54,378 nt of DNA from an uncultured Candidatus Saccharibacteria bacterium (GTDB lineage Bacteria > Patescibacteriota > Saccharimonadia > Saccharimonadales > Saccharimonadaceae). Below are positions 8,762 through 19,832 of this stretch, piece after piece. The notes under the pieces were generated by a model that had not been told where the DNA came from, searched no databases, and saw only the letters and a list, made by a program, of their open reading frames with translations. The stretch is from positions 1 through 54,378 of the forward strand of contig CAYVCA010000001.1 in the NCBI GenBank assembly GCA_964450025.1, read 5' to 3'. Each line of letters begins with the position of its first letter. Position 1 is the first letter of the stretch. The translations under genes and the position numbers were made by a program.

Positions 8762-10213
8762 ATGCAGCCGTTTCTACTGCGAAAGATTCATATTTCCTGG
8801 TTGATTGCTGGGTGGTGTTTGGGCGTGGTGGTCGGGGTGATTGCGGTATTTTATGTCCCGCAGGGTGTATTTCGGGGGATGGCTTGGCTGTGGCTGAGCT
8901 TGGTAATGCTGATCCCGATTGTCAAAACAAGGCAGATTTTCATGGTTTTGCTGGTGCTGGTTTCTGGTTGCTTGTTCGGGCTGTGGCGGGGTAGTTTGGG
9001 ACAGGTGGGTTTGGAGGATTATCAATTGTTACTTGGACAAACAGTGGAGATTCAGGGTAGGGTGTCCGAAGATCCCGACCTGAGTAGTCGTGGCCAGACT
9101 GTCTTGCGGCTCAAAAATATTACGATCGGCAATGACAGCTTGCCAGGGAGTCTCTGGGCCACGACGGCCAGAAGTCAGCAGATAAAACGGAGCGATACCG
9201 TAAGAATTAAAGGGAAAATGACCGAGGGCTTTGGTTCGTTTGCTGGAGTGATCTATAGTGTGGAGGTTTTGGCGATTGAACGGCCAGTGCCAGGCGATGT
9301 TGCGGTGGGGGTGCGGGATTGGTTCGCGGAGAGGGTTAAGAAATATCTGCCAGAAACGGAATCGGCCCTAGGCCTGGGGTTTCTGCTCGGGTTGAGGCGA
9401 GCTTTGCCTCCAGAGCTGGTGGAGGTGCTGAAAATTGCAGGACTAACGCATGTGATTGTGGCGAGCGGTTATAACCTGACAATTCTCGTTCGGCTGAGCC
9501 GACGATTGTTTGTCAGGGTGTCGAAATACCTGGCAACACTGTCAAGCGTAGCGATGATTTTGAGTTTCATGGCAATTACGGGGGCTAGTCCGAGTATGTC
9601 CAGAGCTGGACTGGTGGCTGGTTTGAGCTTGGCGGCCTGGTATTATGGACGAAAAATCCACCCTTTTGTTTTGTTGCCACTCGCAGGAGCGATTACGCTA
9701 CTAATAAATCCAGAATACGGCTGGAATGATCTTGGTTGGCAGTTGAGTTTTGCATCTTTTGCGGGGGTAATTGTGCTGGCTCCATTGTTGCAACGGTATT
9801 TCTTTGGCGAGAAAGAGCCGGGCAATGTCAGGCAGATTATCGGTGAGACCTTTTCGGCTCAGTTGATGACCTTGCCACTGCTAGTGCTATCTTTTGGGGT
9901 GTTTAGTAATGTTTCGCTAATTGCTAATTTAATGGTTCTGCCATTTGTGCCCCTAGCAATGTTATTGGTGTTTTTGATTGGCATTTTCGCCAGTATGCCG
10001 ATTTTGGCTGGCATCATTGCCCTACCCACGCAGTGGCTGCTTGGCTATATGGTGTCGGTGTCGGAGTGGCTGGCGGGGCGGGATTGGGCGCAAACGGAGG
10101 TGACGATAGGCTGGTGGTTGATGGGTCTTTGCTATATGGTTATATTCGGGGCGATTTGGTGGATGATTCGACAAACTGGCTATAGGTTAAGAGAAAGTAG
10201 CATCGTTGAGTAG
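8762..10213 (+). CDS. comEC: ComEC/Rec2 competence membrane protein (no beta-lactamase domain)
   Basis: AGLTHVIVASGYN, SPSMSRAG, DLGWQLSFAS; start refined to ATG 8762 after TATAAT. Confidence 0.9.
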   Translation: MQPFLLRKIHISWLIAGWCLGVVVGVIAVFYVPQGVFRGMAWLWLSLVMLIPIVKTRQIFMVLLVLVSGCLFGLWRGSLGQVGLEDYQLLLGQTVEIQGRVSEDPDLSSRGQTVLRLKNITIGNDSLPGSLWATTARSQQIKRSDTVRIKGKMTEGFGSFAGVIYSVEVLAIERPVPGDVAVGVRDWFAERVKKYLPETESALGLGFLLGLRRALPPELVEVLKIAGLTHVIVASGYNLTILVRLSRRLFVRVSKYLATLSSVAMILSFMAITGASPSMSRAGLVAGLSLAAWYYGRKIHPFVLLPLAGAITLLINPEYGWNDLGWQLSFASFAGVIVLAPLLQRYFFGEKEPGNVRQIIGETFSAQLMTLPLLVLSFGVFSNVSLIANLMVLPFVPLAMLLVFLIGIFASMPILAGIIALPTQWLLGYMVSVSEWLAGRDWAQTEVTIGWWLMGLCYMVIFGAIWWMIRQTGYRLRESSIVE

Positions 10214-10218
10214 GGGGG

Positions 10219-10247
10219 TTGCATTTATTTGCAATCAGGTGTATAAT
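10219..10247 (+). promoter_or_regulatory. sigma70 promoter for yebC
   Basis: TTGCAT-17 nt-TATAAT. Confidence 0.6.
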
Positions 10248-10287
10248 ATTGGTTAACTAAGATAATTTTCTAACAAAAAGAGGGGCT

Positions 10288-11010
10288 ATGGCAGGACACA
10301 GTAAATGGGCAAAAATCAAGCGAGACAAAGGTGCTAATGATGCTAAAAGAGGCGCAATATTCACCAAGCTGGGTAATCAAATTGCTATCGCTGCTCGGGC
10401 AGGCACTGATCCTGTCTTGAACTCGGCCCTGGCTTTGGCTATTGAAAGGGCTAAGGCCGCTAATATGCCGGGTGTGAATATCCAGCGAGCGATCGATCGG
10501 GTAGCCGATAAAAACGCAGCGGTTATGGAGGAAATTACCTATGAAGCATATGGACCTGGCGGTGTGGGGATTATTATTGAGACGGCAACTGACAACCGAA
10601 ACCGAACATTTCCAGAAGTAAAAAACGCCCTAGTGAAAAATGGTGCACAAATCGCTGACGCAGGCAGTGTCGCATTTCAGTTCTCCAGAAAAGGGGTAAT
10701 CACGGTGGACGGATCGGGCGAGGAGCTGCTGCTCGAGGTGCTGGAGGCGGGAGCTGAAGATGCTGCAGAGGAAGACGGCGAAATTACTGTTTATACTGAT
10801 ATGAAAGATTTGGCTAGCGTCAGAAAGGCGTTAATTGACAGCAAGGTGAAGGTGATCGATGCCGAGCTTCAATATGTCGCCGGCTCAACTATCGAGATAG
10901 CTGATGAGGAAACTGCTCAAAAACTTTTTAAAGTCCTTGATGCTTTAGATGCTTTAGACGATGTCGTTAATGTTCATACTAATGCCGACATAACCGTTGA
11001 TATTGCCTAG
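10288..11010 (+). CDS. yebC: YebC/PmpR family protein
   Basis: MAGHSKWAKIK, YEAYGPGG, TDNRNRT, DDVVNVHTN. Confidence 0.95.
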   Translation: MAGHSKWAKIKRDKGANDAKRGAIFTKLGNQIAIAARAGTDPVLNSALALAIERAKAANMPGVNIQRAIDRVADKNAAVMEEITYEAYGPGGVGIIIETATDNRNRTFPEVKNALVKNGAQIADAGSVAFQFSRKGVITVDGSGEELLLEVLEAGAEDAAEEDGEITVYTDMKDLASVRKALIDSKVKVIDAELQYVAGSTIEIADEETAQKLFKVLDALDALDDVVNVHTNADITVDIA

Positions 11011-11065
11011 TCATAATCGTTTTGCTATACTTGGCCTACTATAAACATAATCGGATTTGCTGAGT

Positions 11066-12886
11066 ATGAAAAAAGCTTTCTTATTGATAGTAAATTTTAG
11101 TCTAGCTCTCTCACTAATCGCTCCTTCAGGGGTGGTTTTTGCTAATGAGACGGAGGTGGATGGCGGAAGCTCGCCGAAGATTGAGACGATAGCGGAGATA
11201 GAGCAGAGGTCTGAGCCGGTCGTGTTAGATGGCGGAGTGGTAATCTCGCAGGTGCTGGTCGGCAACGCTAGTCAGGCTAGATTGGTGGAGATTTATAATA
11301 ATTCGGATACGGCGGTAGACATGACTGATTGGTGTGTTTGGTATAACGCATCTGAGACGAAGTTTGATAGTGGCTCAAAGCGAAAGTGTGTGACGACGGA
11401 TGACGAAGCTTATCGGGTGATTTTGCCAGCAAGAACCCACACGACATTTATTGATCAATATTTAGACGGAGGACTGGGAACCGGTGCTAAAGGCAGGGTA
11501 TATTTAGCCGACAAGGCAAATAAGGTGATTGATCTTATTGCGTGGGATACAGTTGATGGCGCTACCAACCCATTTATTGTTGCCAAGAGCGGGGCGCATG
11601 TGTTCCAGCGAAAGATGTCTAGCGAGGCTGGCTATCAAGATACCGACAGGAGTGGAGATGATTTGTTTTTGTCTGAGAGGAGGCAGGTCTATTCGGTAGA
11701 TGGTCTGGTGGAGTTGGCAGATCTGTGTAGTAATATCTCGGGTCTTCAGTCAGAGGTTCCGTATGGCTATGAACGATTGAGCGGCGGAGTGTGCAAGGCG
11801 CCAGAACCGGTTAAATTTTGCACCAATTTGCCAGACTTAACGATAGAAGCTGCCCTCAACGAGGGTTATGAGATTGACCAAGAGGGTGGTTGCTTTAAGA
11901 ATCAGTGCGTTAATTTGCCGGGCTTTCATGAGACTCCGCCGCAGGGGTTTGTGGTTGATGATGATAGCATTTGTCAGCTCAGATTATTGCCTTTGCAGGT
12001 GACGGAGTTGTTGCCAAATCCTGCTGGGGCTGATGAAGGGGGTGAATTTATCGAGTTTTACAATCCAAACGATGAAGAGCTGGATCTGCAGTGGTGGAAG
12101 TTCTATCTTAACGGTGATTACCAGAAGAGCTATAGTTTTCCAGCTGAGATGAAAATAGGTGCGAAAGAATACAAAGCAATAAAGAACAGTGTCGTAGCCT
12201 ATTCTCTAAGAAATAGCTCGGGTAGTTTGCGGTTAAGTCTGGTTGATGGACAGCACGGCTTTGATGTGCCAGAATGGGTAAACGCCAAAGACAACAGGTC
12301 TTGGGCGCTAGTTGACGGTGAGTGGCAATATACTGCCCCTAGTCCAGGAGTGAATAATCCATCTCTTGCATTAGTAATGGCTCTCATGCCTTCGAAGGAA
12401 GGACTGCCCGACTGCGGCGAAGGCCGAGAGCGCAACCCGTTAACTGGGAGATGTCGGAATATTCCAGTAGCGAATGTGCTCGCACCTTGTAAAGAGGGTC
12501 AATATCGCAGCGAGGAGACTAATCGCTGTCGATCGATCGCTGTATTAGTAAATGCCCTAAAGCCTTGTGCGGATGATCAGTTTCGTAATCCTGAAACCAA
12601 CCGATGTAAAAAAATTGCCAGCTCTGATGACTTGCCCGACTGTGGTGAGGGGCGGGAGCGCAACCCAGAGACTAATCGCTGTCGAAATGTGCTAGCAGCG
12701 GCCATGCCTAGTGCGCCGTTTGCGCCCGAAAAAGTGCAGTCTGTAGCTAGTGGCACTATGGGATGGTGGGCGCTTGGCGGGGCATCGCTTCTGGCAGTGG
12801 GTTATGCTGGATGGCAGTGGCGATTTGAGATGGGGCGATTGATCAAAAAGGTGAATGAACGATTGCTGGCGGTGGGCAGGGGATAA
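11066..12886 (+). CDS. secreted, membrane-anchored lamin-tail-domain protein with Cys-rich repeats
   Basis: signal peptide; two LTD-like segments (VISQV..VEIYN and VTELLPNP.G.D..EFIEFYN); C-terminal TM. Confidence 0.75.
   Translation: MKKAFLLIVNFSLALSLIAPSGVVFANETEVDGGSSPKIETIAEIEQRSEPVVLDGGVVISQVLVGNASQARLVEIYNNSDTAVDMTDWCVWYNASETKFDSGSKRKCVTTDDEAYRVILPARTHTTFIDQYLDGGLGTGAKGRVYLADKANKVIDLIAWDTVDGATNPFIVAKSGAHVFQRKMSSEAGYQDTDRSGDDLFLSERRQVYSVDGLVELADLCSNISGLQSEVPYGYERLSGGVCKAPEPVKFCTNLPDLTIEAALNEGYEIDQEGGCFKNQCVNLPGFHETPPQGFVVDDDSICQLRLLPLQVTELLPNPAGADEGGEFIEFYNPNDEELDLQWWKFYLNGDYQKSYSFPAEMKIGAKEYKAIKNSVVAYSLRNSSGSLRLSLVDGQHGFDVPEWVNAKDNRSWALVDGEWQYTAPSPGVNNPSLALVMALMPSKEGLPDCGEGRERNPLTGRCRNIPVANVLAPCKEGQYRSEETNRCRSIAVLVNALKPCADDQFRNPETNRCKKIASSDDLPDCGEGRERNPETNRCRNVLAAAMPSAPFAPEKVQSVASGTMGWWALGGASLLAVGYAGWQWRFEMGRLIKKVNERLLAVGRG
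12410..12690 (+). repeat. four approximately 25-aa CxxGxxRNPxTxRC repeats
   Basis: DCGEGRERNPLTGRC, PCKEGQYRSEETNRC, PCADDQFRNPETNRC, DCGEGRERNPETNRC. Confidence 0.85.
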
Positions 12887-12917
12887 CTGGTCTAGCAAGA
12901 TGATACAATAGAGCCAG

Positions 12918-13397
12918 ATGAAGATATTGGGTATAGATCCAGGTACGGGAATATTGGGCTTTGGTGTCATTGAGGTTAATCGGCCAAAACCAAGTTTAGT
13001 GACGGCTGGGGTTATTACCACGCCCGCACACACCCCGCTGGAAGAGAGGCTGGAAGAGATATTTGATGGGCTAACCATGATAATCGAAGAGACAAAACCA
13101 GATATCATGAGCATTGAAAAGATCTTTTTTGCACAAAATATAACGACTGCGATCAGTGTATCGCACGCCAGGGGTGTGGCCATGCTGACAGGTCGCAGGG
13201 CAAGGCTGAAGATTGCTGAATATACCCCTTTGCAAATCAAGCAAACATTGACTGGATACGGCAGGGCTAGTAAGAAACAGGTTCAGGAAATGGTGAAAAT
13301 ACACCTAAGCTTGTCATCGACACCCAAGCCAGATGATGCAGCCGATGCTCTAGCCGCAGCGATAACCCACTCTCTGATGAGTAGACATGATTCCTAG
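12918..13397 (+). CDS. ruvC: Holliday junction resolvase RuvC
   Basis: ILGIDPG, IEKIFF, EYTPLQIK..TGYGRASK, DDAADALA. Confidence 0.95.
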   Translation: MKILGIDPGTGILGFGVIEVNRPKPSLVTAGVITTPAHTPLEERLEEIFDGLTMIIEETKPDIMSIEKIFFAQNITTAISVSHARGVAMLTGRRARLKIAEYTPLQIKQTLTGYGRASKKQVQEMVKIHLSLSSTPKPDDAADALAAAITHSLMSRHDS

Positions 13398-13428
13398 TCG
13401 CAATACCGTCTGATGGTATAATGAAGGG

Positions 13429-15651
13429 GTGAGAAAGCAAACAAGACCCAGTAAACGACAGCAGAGACACTCACCTTTGCGGCGGCTGAAATGGAGGCTT
13501 CGCGCAAGGTGGAAATGGTTTTTGTCGCTCAAGCGATGGCAGAAGACCTTGCTCATTGGGGTGCCGTTGCTGTTTGTGGTGCTGGTAATCCCGCTCATGA
13601 CATTTGTGTACTTCTCCTTGACCATGGGCGACATGGAGAGCTTAATGAATCGTAACAATACAGGAGTTGTACTCCGTGATGTTAACGGCGAGGTGTTTTA
13701 TGGTACTGGTACAGCGCGACATCGAGAGTTTGTTCCACTTGAAAATATAGCCAAGAGTACGCAGCAGGCGGTGATTGCCAGTGAAGATAGAAAATTTTAT
13801 GATCATAGCGGGGTGTCTTTTTTGAGCACCCTTAGGGCGGTGTATGGCTACGCGCTCTCTGGTGGTGGATCGTTTGGTGGGTCTACTCTGACTCAGCAAT
13901 TGGCAAAAATGACACTACTGTCGGGCGAGAGGGGGTTTTTGAGGCAGTACCAAGCCTTCTCGGTGGCAGTAGCGATAGAGCAGCGATATACGAAAGACGA
14001 GATCTTGGCCATGTATCTAAATGCAGCATATTTCGGCAACAATTCGTTCGGAATTGATCAGGCAGCCAGAAATTATTTTAACAAGAAGCCAGCCGATTTA
14101 TCTCTTGCAGAGAGTGCGATGCTTGTTGGCTTATTGCCTGCGCCCAGCACCTATTCACCAATAACGGGCGATGCGGTAAAAGCGAGGAAGCAGCAAGAAG
14201 AGGTTCTGAAGCGCATGTTTCGTGAAGGTATGATTAGTGAAGAGGACAGATTGGCTGCGCTTGACGAGCAGTTGTCGTTGCAGCCACCTGCGGTTATTGC
14301 TAATGATGCACCGCACTTTACAGAGATGGTTCTGGCTGAGCTTTATGGTAAGTATGGTGAGGAGGTGGTGGAGCGATCAGGCTATCAAGTGACAACCACC
14401 CTGGACATGGCGCTGCAGAGACAGGCAAGAGATAATATCAACAAGCAACTCGTCTATATTCAGCGAATGGGCGGCTCCAACGTCGGCCTTATCGCTATTG
14501 ATCCAAAAAATGGTGAAATCCGTGCGCTGATTGGCAGTGTAGATTATGGCAATGAAGAGTGGGGCAAGGTTAATATGGCAACCACCAAGAGGCAGCCTGG
14601 TAGCACGTTTAAGCCCTTGTATTATGCGGGAGCATTAGCTGATGGGGTAATCATGACCTCAACAATCATCCGGGATGAGCCAATTAACATCAATGGCTTT
14701 CAGCCACAAAATGCCACTCGTCGATTTTACGGTGATGTAACAGTTCGCCAGGCGCTAGCTCGTTCACTCAATATTCCCGCGGTCAAGGTTATGCAGGAGT
14801 ATGGGGTCGAGGAGTCGATTAAGGCGGCGAATCGTCTTGGGGTTGTCTCTATTGACAGCAGCTCGAGTGGGCATGGGCTGTCTTTGGCGATTGGTTCTGC
14901 TGAGGCGCCACTTCAGCAGATGACTAATGCATATGCTGCCTTTGCCAATCAAGGTGGTCTGTATCAAAATACGACAATTCATGAGATTCATGATAAGTTT
15001 AACAAAGCAATTTATACTCAACAAAACAGGCCGTCTCAAGGAATTAGTGCTGCTGGGGCCTATCTTGTTTCCAGTATTTTATCGGATCAACAGGCTCGGT
15101 CGTTTATGTTTGGTGTTAGCTTGAATATTTATGGCAAAACAGTTGCAGTCAAGACGGGTACGACCGATGATAATAGAGACGCCTGGACAATTGGCTATAC
15201 GCCAGACATCGCCGTAGGTGTCTGGGTCGGCAATAACAACAATGAGCCGATGATAAGTGGTGGCGCAGATATGGCTGGACCGATCTGGCGAAGCACAATG
15301 GAGCAGTCAATAGGCGCAAAAAATCCAGAATTTAGTCGTCCGAGCGGAGTGGTAGAGCGATATGTATGCTATGGCTCTGGAGGCTTAGCGGATAGCGCTG
15401 GGACCAACACCTACAGTGAGCTGTTTCTTGTGTCAGCTCTGCCAGCTAGTTCGTGTAAGGCTGTTCGGGTAGAGAAAGAAGAGAAAAAGCCACCCGAGGA
15501 GGAGCGGGATGCTGATGAGCCAGTGGATTCGGGCGTTGAGTCGATAGAGCCAGAAAAGCCGAGCAGGCCCAGCCAACCTGATAAACCCGATAAGCCCGAT
15601 AAGCCAACCCTGCCCACAGAGCCTAGCCTGCCAGTCACGATCAGACCATGA
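13429..15651 (+). CDS. class A penicillin-binding protein (PBP1A family)
   Basis: EDRKFYDH and GGSTLTQQL glycosyltransferase motifs; STFK, SLN and KTGT transpeptidase motifs. Confidence 0.93.
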   Translation: MRKQTRPSKRQQRHSPLRRLKWRLRARWKWFLSLKRWQKTLLIGVPLLFVVLVIPLMTFVYFSLTMGDMESLMNRNNTGVVLRDVNGEVFYGTGTARHREFVPLENIAKSTQQAVIASEDRKFYDHSGVSFLSTLRAVYGYALSGGGSFGGSTLTQQLAKMTLLSGERGFLRQYQAFSVAVAIEQRYTKDEILAMYLNAAYFGNNSFGIDQAARNYFNKKPADLSLAESAMLVGLLPAPSTYSPITGDAVKARKQQEEVLKRMFREGMISEEDRLAALDEQLSLQPPAVIANDAPHFTEMVLAELYGKYGEEVVERSGYQVTTTLDMALQRQARDNINKQLVYIQRMGGSNVGLIAIDPKNGEIRALIGSVDYGNEEWGKVNMATTKRQPGSTFKPLYYAGALADGVIMTSTIIRDEPININGFQPQNATRRFYGDVTVRQALARSLNIPAVKVMQEYGVEESIKAANRLGVVSIDSSSSGHGLSLAIGSAEAPLQQMTNAYAAFANQGGLYQNTTIHEIHDKFNKAIYTQQNRPSQGISAAGAYLVSSILSDQQARSFMFGVSLNIYGKTVAVKTGTTDDNRDAWTIGYTPDIAVGVWVGNNNNEPMISGGADMAGPIWRSTMEQSIGAKNPEFSRPSGVVERYVCYGSGGLADSAGTNTYSELFLVSALPASSCKAVRVEKEEKKPPEEERDADEPVDSGVESIEPEKPSRPSQPDKPDKPDKPTLPTEPSLPVTIRP

Positions 15652-15673
15652 CCAAGCATGGTATGATAGGGGT

Positions 15674-16249
15674 ATGATTGCACATGTCCATGGCAGAGTA
15701 GAGGAGAAATTCACAGGCTCGGTGGTTGTTGATGTTGGAGGCGTGGGCTATGAGATAGCCGTGCCGACCAATGACCATGACAGAATCAGTCTCAATGAGG
15801 AGATTAAGCTCTATACATATCATCACATCCGTGAGCAGTCTCAGGATCTATATGGATTTTCGAGCCTAGCTGCTAAGAAGCTTTTTGAATTGCTAATTAC
15901 CGTTCAGGGAGTTGGCCCAAAGGCGGCGCTAGCTATATTAAGCCTCGGCCAGCCAGAAGAGGTTCGCAACGCAATCGCCAATGCTGATAGCGCTTATATT
16001 CAGCAGGCAACCGGTGTGGGCAAGAAGACGGCCGAAAGAGTGGTGGTTGATCTGAGCGATAAGGTGGGGCTACCGGTTTACTATGGTCGAAAAGATAACA
16101 AGGTACAAACAGGGCTAAATACTCAAGATGAAGCGCTAGAAGCGCTAATTGCTCTCGGATATACACTGTCGGACGCCACTAGGGCACTTGAGGGTGTTGA
16201 TGTAAGTCTTCCAACAGCCAAAAGGGTCACCGAGGCGCTAAAAATTTAG
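15674..16249 (+). CDS. ruvA: Holliday junction branch migration protein RuvA
   Basis: [36 protein letters not shown]. Confidence 0.95.
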   Translation: MIAHVHGRVEEKFTGSVVVDVGGVGYEIAVPTNDHDRISLNEEIKLYTYHHIREQSQDLYGFSSLAAKKLFELLITVQGVGPKAALAILSLGQPEEVRNAIANADSAYIQQATGVGKKTAERVVVDLSDKVGLPVYYGRKDNKVQTGLNTQDEALEALIALGYTLSDATRALEGVDVSLPTAKRVTEALKI

Positions 16250-16298
16250 AAGGCGCAGTGTTTGGGCGTGCAGGAGTATTTGGGTTATACTAGAGAGT

Positions 16299-17303
16299 AT
16301 GGCTATACAGAGAATAATCGACGCCGAACTGCCAGAGGATGATGCTAACGAGCAAATTATCGAAGTATCTTTGCGACCTCAGAGCTTTGCTGAGTATATA
16401 GGCCAGGAGAGGTTAAAGCAGAACCTTAAACTGGCTATAGCCGCTGCGAAAAAGCGCAACGAGTCGATTGATCATGTTTTGCTCTATGGGCCTCCGGGGC
16501 TCGGCAAGACAACCATGGCGAATGTGATTGCGCATGAAATGGGTGTAGGGTTTCGGGTTACTTCTGGTCCTGCTATAGAACGGGCTGGAGATCTCGCAAG
16601 TATCATCACCAACCTGCAGGACGGAGATATCTTGTTTATTGATGAGATACATCGACTAAGCAGGGTTGTGGAGGAGGTTTTATACTCTGCAATGGAGGAC
16701 TTTAAGCTTGACATTGTAATCGGTAAGGGGCCAGCTGCCAGGTCAGTTCGTCTTGACTTGCCCAGATTTACAGTGATTGGAGCAACAACCCGCACTGGCA
16801 GCTTGGCCGCTCCGCTTAGAGATAGATTTGGACATATCTATCGATTGGAATTTTATACACATCAAGAGATCGCTATGATTATCGAGAGGGCAGCTTCGAT
16901 TTTGGACTCTAGAATCGAGTCTACTTCAGCAAAAATACTATCAACTAGAGCGCGATTAACTCCGCGCATAGCCAATAGGCTACTCAAGCGAGTCCGTGAC
17001 TATGCGGACGTAAATGGCGACGGGATTATTGATGACATTACAACAAAAAAGGCGCTAGAGATGTTAGAGATTGATGACTTAGGACTAGACCCTGCTGATA
17101 GAAACCTGCTCAAGAGCATGATCGATAACTACGGTGATAATCCAGTCGGACTAGCTACATTGGCGGCATTAACTGGAGACGAGGCGACAACAATAGAGGA
17201 TTTTTACGAACCATACCTGCTACAGATCGGTTTTATCGAAAAAACTCCTCGCGGACGCAAGGTGACGGTACGCGCCAGGCGCCACATTGAGCGGAGGCAG
17301 TAG
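16299..17303 (+). CDS. ruvB: Holliday junction helicase RuvB
   Basis: [40 protein letters not shown]. Confidence 0.97.
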   Translation: MAIQRIIDAELPEDDANEQIIEVSLRPQSFAEYIGQERLKQNLKLAIAAAKKRNESIDHVLLYGPPGLGKTTMANVIAHEMGVGFRVTSGPAIERAGDLASIITNLQDGDILFIDEIHRLSRVVEEVLYSAMEDFKLDIVIGKGPAARSVRLDLPRFTVIGATTRTGSLAAPLRDRFGHIYRLEFYTHQEIAMIIERAASILDSRIESTSAKILSTRARLTPRIANRLLKRVRDYADVNGDGIIDDITTKKALEMLEIDDLGLDPADRNLLKSMIDNYGDNPVGLATLAALTGDEATTIEDFYEPYLLQIGFIEKTPRGRKVTVRARRHIERRQ

Positions 17304-17355
17304 GCCAATCTGGGTGCAATGGTAGGATTTGGAGGTATGTGGTATAATATACGCC

Positions 17356-18213
17356 ATGAGAGCGGAGCAGTCAGGCGGTCAGGCGGAAAAACCAGCAGCG
17401 TATGACGCCGAGGGAAGGCCACTCTATTACCACCCTGCAAGCCCTGTCCCTAGCGGTGAAGCTCAGATGAGTCCTGAGGCTGCCGAACAAATCGAGAGGC
17501 ATACTCACGTGACGTCGAAACCAGGTATTATTGACGGTCATAATTTTAACCCTCGTCTTAGGACCCAGTATGCTAATGAGCAAAAGATAGTCCATGTCGC
17601 TCGATCGATCGACCCTGCTCATCTGGAGATTAGCGACGAGTTGCGAAACAAGCACGAACGATCAGTCGATATGTATCCTCAGCTAAACCTGAGTACAGGT
17701 GAATATGTAATCCTAGATATCAAGCGCCACCCGATAGGTATGATCGCGCCAATTAGCATCTCGCTTTCACTTTTGGTTGCAATATTCCTGTTCGTGTCGT
17801 TGTATTCCTCTCTCTATAACTCATCCGTAGGGATGCTCATGGCCGACCCAGCCACTCTTTTGGTTATTGCGCTGTTGATGTCCTTATTATCCATACTTGG
17901 CGGGGCAGTGGCGCTGTGGGTTTATCTACAAAACCAATTTTTTATGACCAACGAAAGTGTTATCCAGCAAATCCAAGAGAGTCCTTTTTCTAGGCATGAG
18001 CAGACCGTGAGTCTGGGTAGTATAGAGGACGCGAGCTTTCGCCAAGCAGGTATTTTGCAGACCGTTCTAGACTATGGCACCATTAGGCTTAGCACTGAAG
18101 GGGAGGAGACGACATATTTCTTTCGCTTTGTAGCGCATCCAAAGAGGCAGATATCGAGACTCAACAATGCGATAGAGGCCTTCAAGAACGGCCGTCCAGT
18201 GCCTGATGATTAA
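17356..18213 (+). CDS. membrane protein with a bacterial PH (bPH_2)-like domain
   Basis: two TMs followed by FFMTNESVI..SLGSIEDAS..DYGTIRLST. Confidence 0.7.
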   Translation: MRAEQSGGQAEKPAAYDAEGRPLYYHPASPVPSGEAQMSPEAAEQIERHTHVTSKPGIIDGHNFNPRLRTQYANEQKIVHVARSIDPAHLEISDELRNKHERSVDMYPQLNLSTGEYVILDIKRHPIGMIAPISISLSLLVAIFLFVSLYSSLYNSSVGMLMADPATLLVIALLMSLLSILGGAVALWVYLQNQFFMTNESVIQQIQESPFSRHEQTVSLGSIEDASFRQAGILQTVLDYGTIRLSTEGEETTYFFRFVAHPKRQISRLNNAIEAFKNGRPVPDD

Positions 18214-18218
18214 GAGAC

Positions 18219-18608
18219 CTATTTATTGCGACTTTCTTTAACAAAGTCGCTCTCACCATCTAGGGTGGCCCGGAGTGTGTAGGCTGAACATTTGCCGTCC
18301 TTGCAGCCCTTTGGCTCATAGCGATAGGCGCTGCCTGGTTCGCCCAGCCTGATGTCGTATGGGTCGGTTAGGAGCGCCGAGTCCATTGTTTTTAAAGTAT
18401 CATCTTCAATCACCTCTGGATAATGTCCATTCACAGGGTAAAATCCCTCTTCTAGGCTGAAATAAATTGCATTAATGGCGGTTTTTTTCTGATTGTTAAA
18501 ATCTTGAATCGATATTTTATCTAGTTGAATAAACAGGACAACAGCTGCAGCTATTAAAAATGCCGCTACAAACAATATTTCAATTACCGTAAATCCTCGT
18601 TGTCGCAT
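18219..18608 (-). CDS. prepilin-type N-methylation protein (pilin/pseudopilin)
   Basis: MRQRG|FTVIEILFV class III signal; C-terminal Cys pair. Confidence 0.8.
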   Translation of the reverse strand: MRQRGFTVIEILFVAAFLIAAAVVLFIQLDKISIQDFNNQKKTAINAIYFSLEEGFYPVNGHYPEVIEDDTLKTMDSALLTDPYDIRLGEPGSAYRYEPKGCKDGKCSAYTLRATLDGESDFVKESRNK

Positions 18609-18671
18609 GTACCCATTGTAGCAAATTTCTACAATAAGCGATACAATAGACATATTAAAGAAGGGGGAGAT

Positions 18672-19718
18672 ATGGCAAAGGCGGATAGTGCTGAAAAAAA
18701 AGCTGTGAATACGGGCGACAAGCAGGTTGATTCGGGCAAGACCAAGGCGCTAGGCCTCGCGATGGATCAAATAACCAAGCAGTTTGGTGACGGTGCGATC
18801 ATGAGGCTCGGTGAGTATCACCAGGCGGACATAGAGCTAATCCCGTCTGGATCTTTAAGTCTTGATTTGGCACTCGGTGGTGGATATCCGAAGGGGCGGA
18901 TTATCGAAGTTTTTGGTCCAGAAAGTTCGGGTAAAACTACCCTAACACTGCACGCCATAGCTGAGATGCAAAAACTAGGTGGCACAGCGGCGTTCGTTGA
19001 TGCGGAGCACGCCCTAGACCCTGCTTATGCTAGAAAACTGGGAGTAGACACGGATAGTTTGCTAGTATCACAGCCTGATAATGGAGAGCAGGCTCTGGAG
19101 ATAACCGAAACCCTGGTGCGTTCAAACGCGGTAGATCTAATCGTTGTAGACTCTGTTGCAGCCCTGACGCCGCAGGCGGAGATTGATGGCGATATGGGGG
19201 ATTCACACATGGGTCTTCAGGCGAGGCTGATGAGTCAAGCGCTGAGGAAGTTGACAGGGATCATAAATAAATCTAAAGCTACGGTTATTTTCATCAATCA
19301 AATCCGCATGAAAATCGGCGTGATGTTTGGCAACCCCGAGACTACAACTGGCGGTAATGCTCTGAAGTTTTATGCCTCACAGCGGATAGACATTAGGAGG
19401 ATTGGGCAGATCAAGGTCGGAGATGATATCAGGGGGAACCGAACGAAGGTTAAGATTGTTAAAAACAAGATTGCGCCACCTTTCCGCACTGCAGAGTTTG
19501 ACATTATGTATAATGAAGGGATTTCTAAAACTGGCGATATTCTTGACCTTGCTGCTGAACATTCGGTAGTTGAGAAGTCAGGGGCATTTTATAAGTATGG
19601 TGGCGAGACAATTGGCCAGGGCCGAGATAAGACCAAGGAGTATCTAAAAGATAATCCAAAAGTTCTAAGTGAAATTGATAAAAAAGTTCGCGAAAAAGTC
19701 GCTGAGATGAAAGGATAG
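18672..19718 (+). CDS. recA: recombinase RecA
   Basis: [30 protein letters not shown]; SD-like AGGGGG before ATG 18672. Confidence 0.98.
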   Translation: MAKADSAEKKAVNTGDKQVDSGKTKALGLAMDQITKQFGDGAIMRLGEYHQADIELIPSGSLSLDLALGGGYPKGRIIEVFGPESSGKTTLTLHAIAEMQKLGGTAAFVDAEHALDPAYARKLGVDTDSLLVSQPDNGEQALEITETLVRSNAVDLIVVDSVAALTPQAEIDGDMGDSHMGLQARLMSQALRKLTGIINKSKATVIFINQIRMKIGVMFGNPETTTGGNALKFYASQRIDIRRIGQIKVGDDIRGNRTKVKIVKNKIAPPFRTAEFDIMYNEGISKTGDILDLAAEHSVVEKSGAFYKYGGETIGQGRDKTKEYLKDNPKVLSEIDKKVREKVAEMKG

Positions 19719-19832
19719 CTGTGAGCGCTAAATTGTCTATTTTCTGTGGTCTTGATCTGAGAAGGAAGACAATTTTTCCACAGCAATGAACTAATTGGCC
19801 ATTTACTTAAGTCAACAAGATCAGGTCTTATT

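Noticed and set aside
15480-15651. PDKPDKPDKP repeat at the PBP1A C-terminus
   Set aside because: An ordinary low-complexity disordered tail common in class A PBPs.
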